DNA of 64,000 nt, taken from positions 32,720,295 to 32,784,294 of the forward strand of contig NC_068998.1 in assembly GCF_001194135.2 (NCBI RefSeq), in the 5' to 3' direction. Source of the DNA: Octopus bimaculoides (Eukaryota). The notes beneath the pieces are model-generated. The model was not told the origin of the DNA and ran no database searches. It saw only the letters and a list, made by a program, of their open reading frames with translations. Below, piece by piece: positions 26,621 through 38,254 of this stretch. The position numbers and the translations under genes were made by a program. The number at the start of each line of letters is the position of its first letter. Positions within the stretch are counted from its first letter, which is position 1.

Positions 26621-26737
26621 CTTCTCTTTCCATTTTCTTTCAGGTAAGTTCTCCAGTTGATAGCATTAACAACTGGAATCCTTGTTCTTTGGATTACAAA
26701 TATTACTGATGCAGCAAGATGAAAAATACGAGTGAGT
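26621..26737 (+). other. Juxtaposed 3' and 5' splice sites (recursive-splice-like) plus an 88-nt putative RS exon
   Basis: CTTCTCTTTCCATTTTCTTTCAG|GTAAGT (AG/GT at 26643/26644), with a second donor ACGA|GTGAGT at 26731/26732. All three frames of the 88 nt contain a stop. Confidence 0.5.
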
Positions 26738-27147
26738 GATATTATTTCATTTCCTAAACCTGAAAAATTGTACTTAAAAAAAAATCATTGATAAAAAAAG
26801 AAAAAAAAAAATGCATTTTATAACAGACATTGTCAAATCATATTGCTATGCAAAGTCTGAACTTTAGGTGTTCCAGTAGTGGACGGTGAAAGCAGGACAT
26901 ACACACATATGCAATTTTTTAGTGATAAGAAATATTACTGTTTGAAAATGTTAGAATTGGTTTTCTGCATATGATGCCTATCATGGAACAATAATATATT
27001 CTGAAGCAATTAAAAGTTGCTGGAACAACAATACAATTGATAACAAAGTTAATCTTTAATTCAATTTTCATTTAATATAACAACCTGCTAAAAACATTCA
27101 ACTAAAAGTCAAATAAATACTTATGTGATATATTATATCTATTTCCT

Positions 27148-27604
27148 TAAAGGTGACGAGCTGGCAGAAATGTTAGCACCCCGGGCGAAATGCTTAGTGG
27201 TATTTTGTCTGTCTTTATGTTCTGAGTTCAAATTCCGCTGAGGTTCACTTTGCTTTTCATTCTTTTGGGGTCAATAAGTTAAGTACCAGTTGTGTACTGG
27301 GGTTGATCTAATTGACTGCCCCCCTCCCCCAAAATTTTGGGCCTTTTGCCTAGAATAGTAAAGATTATATTTATTTCTTTATTGCACATGGGGAGGGGGA
27401 TAAACATAGAGGGGACAAACAAGGACAGACAAAAGGATTAAGTTGATTACATCAACCCCAGTGTGTAACTGGTACTTATTTAATAGGCCCCGAAAGGATG
27501 AAAGGCAAAGTCGACCTTGGCAGTATTTGAACTCAGAACGTAATGGCAGATGGAATACTGCTAAGCATTTCACCTGGTGTGATTCTGATTCTGCCAGCTC
27601 ACCT
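27148..27604. mobile_element. Tail-to-tail inverted pair of family B SINEs (+27148-27370; -27380-27604)
   Basis: Both copies have the GAGCTGGCAGAA head and the AAGTACCAGTT/AACTGGTACTT core, in opposite orientation. Confidence 0.88.
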
Positions 27605-28072
27605 ATGTGATATATTATGTTGCACTGAAATGGCTGATCTGCTGTTACCCGACTCATTTCAAGTATTAGATGCATTATACACTTAGTGATTTGCTATAAC
27701 TGGTGTAATTACCAAATACTTGTTTGAAATATTGAAATTTTGTTACTTTTTATTTTGGGATAAATTTCTATCTATGCTGAAACATCTGTCTGTCTCTCTC
27801 TCTCTCTCTCTTCTGTTATTGTGTGCATGTGACAGATAAATGTACATGATTTTTGGTTTAGTAAGTCATTCAATACAAAAGAGCAAACTTAAATTTAAGC
27901 TAAATATTAATTTTTATTAACAAGTCATATGCAATCACCAGCACGTTAAAAAAAAACAACAACGTGTTTTTTTATGTTTTTATGATACAGAAGATACCAA
28001 GAAAACTGGCAGAAACAACTGAACTAAAATTATTATACTCAGCATATACCATACACAACAAATACAATTGGT

Positions 28073-28275
28073 AAGATGGCAAGCTGCCAGAACTGCTAGC
28101 ATACTTAGAAGCATTTTGTCCATCTTTTTATTCTGAGTTCAAATTCCACCAAGGTCAACTTTGCCTTTCATCCTTTCAGGGCTGATAAAATAAGTACCAG
28201 TTGAGTACTGGGGTCAATGTAAATGACTTACCCTTCCCCCAAAATTGCTGGCCTTGTACCAAAATTTGAAACCAG
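28073..28275 (+). mobile_element. SINE family B
   Basis: Head GGCAAGCTGCCAGAA and core TTCTGAGTTCAAATTCC...AAGTACCAGTTGAGTACTGGGG. Confidence 0.85.
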
Positions 28276-29119
28276 TTAAGTACAACTGTCTCTCCTTATG
28301 CATACACATGTGTGTGTGTGCATCATTTTCATTAAATGTAATAGAAATTTTGATTTCATGTAATATAATACAATTTTGAATGAAAATGCTTCAGCGGTTA
28401 AAGTTTTGGGTGATCAGCTGATGTGGTTTTGATGGAATTCACTTTTGATAAGTTGATGTATTTCCTGGAAAGACCAGTTATTCTATTTGCTCCAGTTAGC
28501 TGTGGAGAATAGGTAACTGATTCTCGGCAAATATGTTTAAACTTTATGAAATGGTAGTTCAAAATTATTCCTGTATGACTGAAAGGATTGCTGTTTTAAC
28601 AAGAGTTTTAACAAGAGTTTTAACATCATTACTATTAATGAAAATTGTCTCAAACAATTAAAAATTAGTTGAAAAGAAATTTTTTCATTATAATAGTGGA
28701 GGAAGGAAAAGAAATTTTTGCTTCCAGTTTATCAGTATTAACTCTCTCAGATCTGGGTCCCCGTGTCTAGCTTTACCTTCCACCTGGGCTCTTGAACAAA
28801 AAATAAATAGTTGCATATACAGTTCAAGAGTAACTAATGCAAGTAAACTAATGGACAGAATCACAAGAAAATTCAGGAGAATAACAATAATATCTACACG
28901 CATAATAAAATAAGTATATAAAAAATAAAATCTCTCTCTCAGCAATTCTCTACTCATGAGGGAAATTTCTCCCCCTCTTCTATTTCTTAGCAAACCCTAT
29001 TTCTCTTTGTGGATTAAACTGAAAACAACAGCAGTGGCAGCAACAGCGGTCACCCGTCAAATTTCACACATGTGTGTTAAACAATAATAGGCTTATCTCT
29101 CAACTACCAATATTTGTTC

Positions 29120-29310
29120 ACCTTTTTGCTACTTTCCTCATGACTTTCACCTGTTTGGTTGTCAGAATCACTCTCATTGCTGGCATAAGTATAAACTCTT
29201 CATCCAAAGCATAAACATCATCAATAATTTCCTCAACTGCAAAGCATCTAGACCTTGCTTGTTTACAAGATGAAGTGCTGGGATCATCACTTGCCCATTT
29301 CATTGCAAAA
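29120..29310 (-). mobile_element. Possible decayed acidic N-terminus of a piggyBac-like transposase
   Basis: Frameshifted MKWASDDPSTSS...EEIIDDVYALDEEF / ASNESDSDNQTGESHEESS. Composition-based only. Confidence 0.3.
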
Positions 29311-29455
29311 TCAATTCCTTTTTTTTGATTAAAAACAAAAATAAACAACAGCTACAGGGATACAATTAACAAGGCTGTAATGTGATCAGTCATTTTATTT
29401 TAGTATTTTATCTTCTTTATCTATGTATGTTGTTCATTATCACTTTAGTGGCAAT

Positions 29456-29484
29456 CCAGCAGCAGCAGCAACAACAGCAGCAGC

Positions 29485-29557
<73 letters not shown>

Positions 29558-29558
29558 A
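29456..29558. repeat. Compound (CAG)n/(TAG)n microsatellite
   Basis: Directly visible. Confidence 0.95.
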
Positions 29559-29909
29559 TTCTTACTTAAAAGTGGATGCTGTGTTAGAACACAGAATACT
29601 GCATTATTTACCATGAGAGAATCTCTCGTATGGACTTGTGGTGCATAAAAGCACTTGTGTGTATATCATTGGTGAAAGAAAATCATCTGCTATCACTGTC
29701 TGAATTGCCAGGTTACATGATTTCAGCCTTCCTTGGCCTTGTCAGTGGTAGACACCTGTGGCTAGACATAGCAGTGATTCCCCCATCAGCAGTATACATA
29801 GATTCTCAGTGTCTATTCTGGCACTGCTGTTGCAAATATCTGGTGTAATGATCATGGGGAATATATAGTACCAAAAGTTTTTTCTTATCTCCTGTTTTGA
29901 TATGCATAC

Positions 29910-29942
<33 letters not shown>

Positions 29943-29957
29943 TGTATGTATGTATGT

Positions 29958-30150
29958 ATTCAGAGAATTGTTGGGCATAAGAGGAATCAAATGTAGCCTG
30001 AAAGAGAGAAGGCTATATTTGTTTGGACATGTGATGAGGATAGCTGCATAAAGAAATGACAATCGCTGAAAGTGGATGGTACCTGTAAAGAAGGAAACCC
30101 AAGAAGACATGGGATGAAGTGTTAAGGGCCAATCTCAGGATGTTGCTTAC
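29958..30150 (+). mobile_element. RTE-clade LINE C-terminal fragment
   Basis: GAAAGAGAGAAGGCTATATTTGTTTGGACATGTG...CCCAAGAAGACATGGGATGAAGTG, homologous to the other RTE copies. Confidence 0.75.
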
Positions 30151-30189
30151 TACTTGATCCATTTAGTCTGTTTGATTCTAGGATAGTAA

Positions 30190-30540
30190 AGAAAGAGGAT
30201 GAAAAGTCAAAAAAAAAAATACAATCCCTTAAAACTTGCAATTGCAGGAGTTTGGAGGATGAAAACTGTAAAGGTTGTGCTTGTAATGATTGGTGCAATG
30301 GGAACTGTGAGGAAAGATAGAGAGAAATGGTTGAACAAGATTGCAGAAGAATGTCCTGTAGAGCTTCTACAAAATGTTTGCCTTTTAGGGACAGGGAAGA
30401 TTATCAGGAGGGTTTTAAGCACTTGAAAGACTATTGAAAGTTTGTGGTTACCTAAGGTTACAGGTAGTAACCTGCTACCCATATAAATTCTACCAGGAAT
30501 AAGAATAAACCTGAGTCAAATCAACAACAACAACAGCAGC
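30190..30540 (+). mobile_element. R4/Dong-clade LINE 3' end
   Basis: KYNPLKLAIAGVWRMKTVKVVLVMIGAMGTV...VELLQNVCLLGTGKIIRRVLST*, the restriction-like endonuclease C-terminus, followed by a (CAA/CAG)n tail. Confidence 0.85.
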
Positions 30541-31407
30541 AGCAATAATGGCTTCTGGTTTAGGCACAGGGCTGACAATTTTTTAGTTGACTTCAGACTC
30601 TAATACTGGACTGCTACTGTATTTTATTAACCCCAGTAGGACAAAAGGTTAAGTTGATCTCAGTGGGATTCAAATTTAAGTATGTCAAATGTGAGAACAA
30701 ATAATGCAAGGTAATTTTTTGACTTTAGCAATGCTACCAGCTGAATGCTGATAATTTTTTACTTTGATACAATATCACAAAATTATAAGTGAATTAACTT
30801 CAGTATTTAACTGGTGTCTATTTTTTTTAACTCAAAATTTTCCTAACTACATAACAATGCCTGCATTCATGAGGATGTTATTTGTGCATAATATGTTCTT
30901 GGTTACTCTAGTTTATTATCAAATTGTTAGTAGACTCACATTTTTCCCTTTATCTTCTGCTGTTTGTGTTGCAATTTTTATCTTGTGACACAAACACATT
31001 TTTATCTTGAAATGTGTTTGTCTCATATCAAAAACTTTATAAATTCCTGATAAAATTTTATACTATAGAATACAATGAGCTGATAGAATAAAGTTTATTT
31101 AGTATAAAATTTATTTTTTTAATAGACAATCTGTTTCAAGAGAAATTCAATGAATCCTGTGCAAATTAGTGCAGTAGTTTAGTTGTGAATAAATCAGCTA
31201 CTTTAATTCAGTATTTAACTAGCATCTATTTTCTTTACTCAGCATTTTCTTAACTACATTCCTGCATTCCTGAGGATGTTATTTTTGCTAACACTATTGT
31301 GAAAATGATTGTATATCACAGTAGTGTAAAAATAAGATTTTTACACTGTAACTCAAAGGTTTAATTTAAAGAGATTTTTTTTCAACATTATTTGAGTTTA
31401 TATTATA

Positions 31408-32022
31408 CTGAGACCATAACCCGGGGGCCTATGCCAGTGGTGTATAACCAGCCCACTTATGAGTACCCTTCATTCATTGGACAATAAACTTTGCTTGCGA
31501 AGACCTGTTAAGGCAAGTGAAAACAAAATCACTGACATGGCCAATGAGAGTACAGCCTGATTGGCACTCGTGCCAGTGGAATGTTAAAAGCACCATCTGA
31601 GTGTGATCATTGCTGGGGCTTCCTTACTGGCTCCCATGCTGGTGGCATGTAAAACACACCATTCGAGTGTGATCATTGCCAGCGTCACCTTACTGGCACA
31701 TGTGCCAGTGGCACATGAAAAACAACATTTGTGTGTGGTCATTTCCAGTGCCACCAGACTGGCTCCTGTGCAGGTGGCATGTAAAAAAAACACTTTTTGA
31801 ACGTGATCGTTGCCCGTACCGCCTGACTGGCCCTCATGCTGGTGGCACGTAAAAGCACCCACTACACTCTCGGAGTGGTTGGCATTAGGAAGGGCATCCA
31901 GCTGTAGAAACTTTGCCAGATCAGACTGGAGCATGCTGCAGCCTTCTGGCTCACCAGTCCTCAGTCAAACCGTTCGACCCATGCCAGCAAGGAAAGTGGA
32001 CGTTAAACGATGATGATGATGT
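31408..32022 (+). mobile_element. RTE-clade 3' UTR-only fragment with five ~66-bp tandem units
   Basis: Matches the RTE 3' UTRs elsewhere in the window and ends GGACGTTAAAC(GAT)n. Confidence 0.88.
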
Positions 32023-32969
32023 ATTGACTTAGTTTTCCTCTCCTTCAGCGTCATTAAAATAAGTCACAATAATTTACTAGTGTTCAGTGAATGTAATTGG
32101 TATGCTTTTCCTAACCAACCAGGGAATCTTGAGTGTCAGCAAAATTGCTATTATTGAGATAAATCTAGTAAGGAGAAAGAAAAACTGGATTGTGGAATAA
32201 AATATCTTATAATTATTAGTTTCTTCTTTCCACATTCTGAGTTTAAATACCACTAAAATAAATTTGGCCTAGAATTGACAAAATAATCACCAGTTATCTA
32301 ATGAAGACAACCATTAGCTGCATCATACAATATTTAGCTCATTTTCTCCAAGGTCTTTGAAAAAGACACCAATCATGCACTGAAGTCATTTATAAGTTTA
32401 TAGCATTATATCAAAGTAGGAAATCATCATCATCATCATTATCATCATCATCATCATCATCATTAATGGTAGATTGATAGAATTGCTAAAACATCAGATT
32501 AAATGTCATACATATTTCTCCCAGCACTTTATGTTTTGAGTTCAAATTCCAATGAAATCAATTTTGTTTGTCATCCTTCTAAGGTTGATAAAATAAAGTA
32601 CGGGTCAAGTACTGGTGTTGATTGTACCAACTAAGCCTATCCTCCTGAAACTGCTGGTCTTGTGCCATGATGATGATTGTTATCTTTATTGCCCCCCCCC
32701 TCAAAATGGTTCTTATAACCTAGTCATTTTTCTACTTTGATAGCAGGCTGCAACCAATAGCAACCAACTTCCTTGTTTCTTTCATACTTTTTCGTCAATC
32801 TAATCATCAAGTGGGATATTTTTCCTCTTCCCAGTAAGCAAACTCTTTGCTAAAGCTCTATCTCACAATCTACTTTAATCTTTATCCATGTTACACTATT
32901 GTTCATCACTGTCTCTTATTCTCCTACAATTACTAGTGTAATGGGATTATAAAAGAGGATAAAAGATGA

Positions 32970-33915
32970 ATAAGGAGACTATTGAAGTCAAAGTTGAATA
33001 GTGGTAACACAGTATCAGCGATAAATTTGAGTGCAGTATCTATTATTAAATATGGAGTAAATCTAATTGAGTGGGGAGAATCAGATCAACTGACCCTAGA
33101 CTGTAAGACAAGAAAATTCTTAACAATGTTTGATATCCATCTCAAGGTGTTGTGCATCAATTATATGTGAAAAGAGAGACTGGTGGAATAGAATTTATCA
33201 ACGTAAAGGATTGTGTCAAGGCCAGTAATTTTGGGGGATGGGGTTAGTTGATTACATAAACCTTAGTGTTCAGCTGGTACTTCTTTTATCGACTCTGAAA
33301 GGTGAAAGGCAAATTTGGACCTTGGTGGAATTTGAACTCAGAATGTAAAGATGGATGAAACGCCTGGTGTACCAACGATTTTGATAACTTTCCACTTTTG
33401 GATTGTGTTAATTTTGAGAAGATCTGTTTACTGAGGTATCTAGAAGCAATGGAAGAAATGTTGCTACAGATGAGACCATCTCGGAGAAAATACGAAAAGC
33501 AATTGATAATGAGAACAAAGATACAATACATGATGGGCATCAAGAGAAAAATAGAAACAAGCCCTTAAGGAGCCATTTTGGCAGGTATCAAATGAAGTGA
33601 GGGGTAAGAATTCCTGGTATCAGCTTAGAAAAGATAAGTTGGGAAGAGAAACAGAGATAATGACAGTGAATATTGAAAGCCAATCTATTACAAATGCCAA
33701 GAGTAGACATGTTTTGGGGGAAGCACCATTGCCTGCATGTAGATCATGTGGTATGTATGATGAGACAGTGGTGGCACAATTAGTGTCTGAATGTCTGAAG
33801 CTTGCACAGAGAGCAAGAAAGTACAAGAAGTGGTGATGTGACCAAGTTATTAGGGTTATAATTGGAGACTTTGCCAGAAATAGGAGTCTGAGCACTTGAA
33901 GATAGTATGTTCATC
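32970..33915 (+). mobile_element. R4/Dong-clade LINE fragment interrupted by a minus-strand family B SINE (~33222-33380)
   Basis: RLLKSKLNSGNTVSAIN...LDCKTRKFLTM, then the CCHC-like finger CRSCGMYDETVVAQLVSECLKLAQ. Confidence 0.82.
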
Positions 33916-34504
33916 ATTTTTAGTTCAAGTTAAACCAGGATCAATTGTATCGTTCAACTCTCCACAGACAATATGTTTGCCATTGAAATACAATTCAATT
34001 CAATCATTTATAAGTACCCACTTCAACCTAATTCCAAAGTAAGAAATTACATGAATTAGGACTATCATCGAAATGTTGACAGTTTTATTAATGATAGCAA
34101 AATGACACAGCTGTTGAAAATGACAACAAAGGATATGTGTGTATAGATAGTACTGAAGTATGTGAACAACTAGAAATACTTTTTTTTATGTTTATGAGAG
34201 CTTTCCATTACATATGTTTGAATATAAAGGTATATCTATGTGTGTGTGTACGTATAGAATACACAAGGAGTTTTTGTCAACTGACGTAATGTAATAGGTA
34301 TGTACTACAAGTGCTCAGTTTGGTTACCACTAAAACTCTGGCTTGAACTGCAATTGAAAAGTGTGGTGTCAAGGACAACTACAAGTGGCTTCTCCTTGAG
34401 CAGGGGGATACAGATTAAAACGAAATAATGGAAAAGCATATTATTTTCCTTTGCTTTTTCATTTTTTATTTTAATCTGTCTGTCTATTTATCTATCTATC
34501 TATT

Positions 34505-35139
34505 CTTTTAGTTGTTCCAGTCATTTGACTGTGGCCATGCTGTAGCACCACCTTAAAGGGTTTTTAGTCAAAGAAATCAACCCCAAGACTTATTCTTTGT
34601 AAGCCTAGTACTTATTCTATCAGTCTTTTTTTAATGAACTGCTAAGTTCTGGAGATGTAAAAACACCAACATCAGTTGTTGAGTGATGGAGAGGGAACAA
34701 ACACAGACACAAGGATGTACTCACATAAATATATATATATATATATATATANNNNNNNNNNNNNNNNNNNNNNNNNNNNNNNNNNNNNNNNNNNNNNNNN
34801 NNNNNNNNNNNNNNNNNNNNNNNNNNNNNNNNNNNNNNNNNNNNNNNNNNNNNNNNNNNNNNNNNNNNNNNNNNNNNNNNNNNNNNNNNNNNNNNNNNNN
34901 NNNNNNNNNNNNNNNNNNNNNNNNNNNNNNNNNNNNNNNNNNNNNNNNNNNNNNNNNNNNNNNNNNNNNNNNNNNNNNNNNNNNNNNNNNNNNNNNNNNN
35001 NNNNNNNNNNNNNNNNNNNNNNNNNNNNNNNNNNNNNNNNNNNNNNNNNNNNNNNNNNNNNNNNNNNNNNNNNNNNNNNNNNNNNNNNNNNNNNNNNNNN
35101 NNNNNNNNNNNNNNNNNNNNNNNNNNNNNNNNNNNNNNN

Positions 35140-35218
<79 letters not shown>

Positions 35219-35420
35219 TTGTGTGTGTCAGTGTTTGTCCCCTCACCATCACTTGACAACCAATGCTGGTATGTTTAAGTCCCCGTTACTAAGCAGTTTG
35301 GCAAAAAAGACCGATAGAATAAGTACTAGGCTTACAAAGATTAAGTCCTTGGATCGATTTGTTTGATTGAAGGTGGTGCTCCATCATGGCTGCAGTCAAA
35401 TGAATGAAAAAAGTAAGAGA
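34505..35420. mobile_element. Two family A SINE tail halves in opposite orientation flanking (TA)n and an N-gap
   Basis: Minus-strand tail at 34505-34720 and plus-strand tail at 35220-35420. Confidence 0.75.
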
Positions 35421-35457
35421 ATGAAAGAATATATATATACATATATATATATACAAG

Positions 35458-35580
35458 GTTTCAAATTTATACATTTAAAAAAGAGAGATTTAACACCGGA
35501 GTTTAAATATCCACGTCTTCATTCAATGTAAACATTTCTCGGTGTTAAATCTCTCTTTTTTAAATGTATAAATTTGAAAC
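35458..35580. repeat. Perfect 41-bp inverted repeat with a 41-nt spacer
   Basis: GTTTCAAATTTATACATTTAAAAAAGAGAGATTTAACACCG (35458-35498) has its exact reverse complement at 35540-35580. Confidence 0.95.
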
Positions 35581-35718
35581 TTTGGATATATAAACAAGGA
35601 GAACGATCCTTAAGGAATCTAATTAATGATTCTTTGAGGTGAAATCTTATGCTATATTGGTAATGATTGCAGAGTTTACTTTGAAAAATTATATATATAT
35701 ATAATTATAATAATAATG

Positions 35719-35754
<36 letters not shown>

Positions 35755-36459
35755 TTACTCTTTTACTTGTTTCAGTCATTTGACTGTCATGCTGGAGCAC
35801 TGCCTTTAGTCGAGCAAATCGACATTAGGACTTATTCTTTGGAAGCCTAGTACTTATTCTATCGGTCTCTTTTACTGAACCGCTAAGTTACGGGGACGTA
35901 AACACACCAGCATCGGTTGTCAAGCGATGTTGGGGGGACAAACACAGACACACAAACAAANNNNNNNNNNNNNNNNNNNNNNNNNNNNNNNNNNNNNNNN
36001 NNNNNNNNNNNNNNNNNNNNNNNNNNNNNNNNNNNNNNNNNNNNNNNNNNNNNNNNNNNNNNNNNNNNNNNNNNNNNNNNNNNNNNNNNNNNNNNNNNNN
36101 NNNNNNNNNNNNNNNNNNNNNNNNNNNNNNNNNNNNNNNNNNNNNNNNNNNNNNNNNNNNNNNNNNNNNNNNNNNNNNNNNNNNNNNNNNNNNNNNNNNN
36201 NNNNNNNNNNNNNNNNNNNNNNNCATTGTGCCTCCTTAGGGATAAAAATCCAAATTTACAGGTAAAAACTCAATTAAATTCAATTTACCAAAAATTAAAA
36301 TTAAATTAAGTTTCACAGTATATAATATATAAATATATAATTTAGACATGAACTCATCCATGAAAATTCAGTCACATATAGAAAAAATTAATAAGTAAAT
36401 ACACTAAAAAGAAGTATAATAAAATACAAAGTAAAAATCATAAAATAATAATTATAAAA

Positions 36460-36571
36460 CGACTACACGTGTTTCATAACCAAATTTTCAATTAGAAAAT
36501 AAAATATAAACAAATCGATTAAATCAATCGAAAATCAATTCTATTCAAAAATATAGCTAATCTTCAGGTCA
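36460..36571 (-). ncRNA. Type I hammerhead motif with an AT-rich insertion in stem II
   Basis: UGAC-CUGAAGA-U UAGCUA [~71 nt] UGGUUA U-GAAACACGUGUA/GUCG: 4-bp stem I and palindromic stem III ACACGUGU. Confidence 0.55.
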
Positions 36572-36925
36572 AAATACAACAGTAATAATGATAAAATGAA
36601 TGTATATATCAACCAACAATAAATAACAAATGAATATATATAAAAATACTTATTATATCAATATAGAAAAATGTTAAACAATATTATTAAAAAGAAATGT
36701 AATACTAATTTTATCGAAAATTATAAACGTGACATTATTAACTTTACGTTTATTAGAATATAAACTAACAGAAATATTAAATGCAAATCTTATCTAAACG
36801 AATCTTTCATATAAAATATATATATATACGATGGACTTCTTTCAGTTTCTGTCCACCAAATCCACTCACAAGGCTTTGCTCAGCCCGAGGCTATAGTAGA
36901 AGACACTTGCTGAAGGTGCCACACC

Positions 36926-36980
<55 letters not shown>

Positions 36981-38254
36981 NNNNNNNNNNNNNNNNNNNN
37001 NNNNNNNNNNNNNNNNNNNNNNNNNNNNNNNNNNNNNNNNNNNNNNNNNNNNNNNNNNNNNNNNNNNNNNNNNNNNNNNNNNNNNNNNNNNNNNNNNNNN
37101 NNNNNNNNNNNNNNNNNNNNNNNNNNNNNNNNNNNNNNNNNNNNNNNNNNNNNNNNNNNNNNNNNNNNNNNNNNNNNNNNNNNNNNNNNNNNNNNNNNNN
37201 NNNNNNNNNNNNNNNNNNNNNNNNNNNNNNNNNNNNNNNNNNNNNNNNNNNNNNNNNNNNGGGGGGGGGGGGCAGTATGTAGAAGCCCATCCAATGGATT
37301 GCACCTATAATTCAAATGTCCACCCTTGTCACACTGTGTCCTGCTTGTACCTCCTGAGAATTAAATCAAGGAACATGTGTCTGCACAATAATTACTTATC
37401 ATCAGAAATTTCGAGATCCATTTATAACACGCACACACTCGCACACATGCGCACACACGCACACACACACACATACACACACAACTCACACACATGCATG
37501 AATGTACGCATGTATATACGTATATAAATACATATCAAAACAGGAGATTGGAAAATTAACTGGCTTTATTTATTCACCATTACACATATTTTATTTGCTC
37601 ATGGGTTTTGTATTCTCAATTCGAAATTCCAACCTAGAGTCAGGATAAGGTCAACCTCATAATAGTTTTTTGTAACCATATCAGATTTCCAAATCTTCCT
37701 CTCACATTTTTTGCACTCAAAAACTATAGTCCCCTAACAAATATAATTGTAGCTAAGCCTACAAACCCTTAGTTCACTTCAGACTACATCAGTGACTAGA
37801 CCTTGAATAAAGCTGCATAGGTTCATAATCAAATGAACGTAACTAGGTGCAAGTGCAATTACGAGATTTCTGTGCAATAGAAACGTGTGTCAGACACATT
37901 TAAATCAAATATGCAATATAACTGACTGTAGACAGAAAAAAATTGCAGATGTACTAATCTCCGTATTCATTATAATCGTCTTGGATATACATCCTGTAAA
38001 CTATTTATAATCCAGCAAAATGAACTAGGATTTACTCATTGGATGAAATACATTGGAAATGATTACCTCAAGTAATCTTAGGTGCTCTTTACCACTCAAT
38101 GCTGTTAGCCATAAACTGGATTATAACTGAGTGCTTGTACAGTATCTGCCTGGATACTTAAAACACTGAATCAAATTAGTATACAGATAGATACATACAT
38201 ACTTATGCAGGCACACACACACAAACACACACATACATGTTAAGGAAGTCTGAA

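Noticed and set aside
34505-35420. Large palindrome of SINE halves around (TA)n
   Set aside because: The centre is an N-gap, so the arrangement may simply be two contig ends broken at TA tracts.
37862-37895. GAAACGTGTGTCAGA as a hammerhead 3' half
   Set aside because: No CUGANGA or stem II upstream; too degenerate to call.
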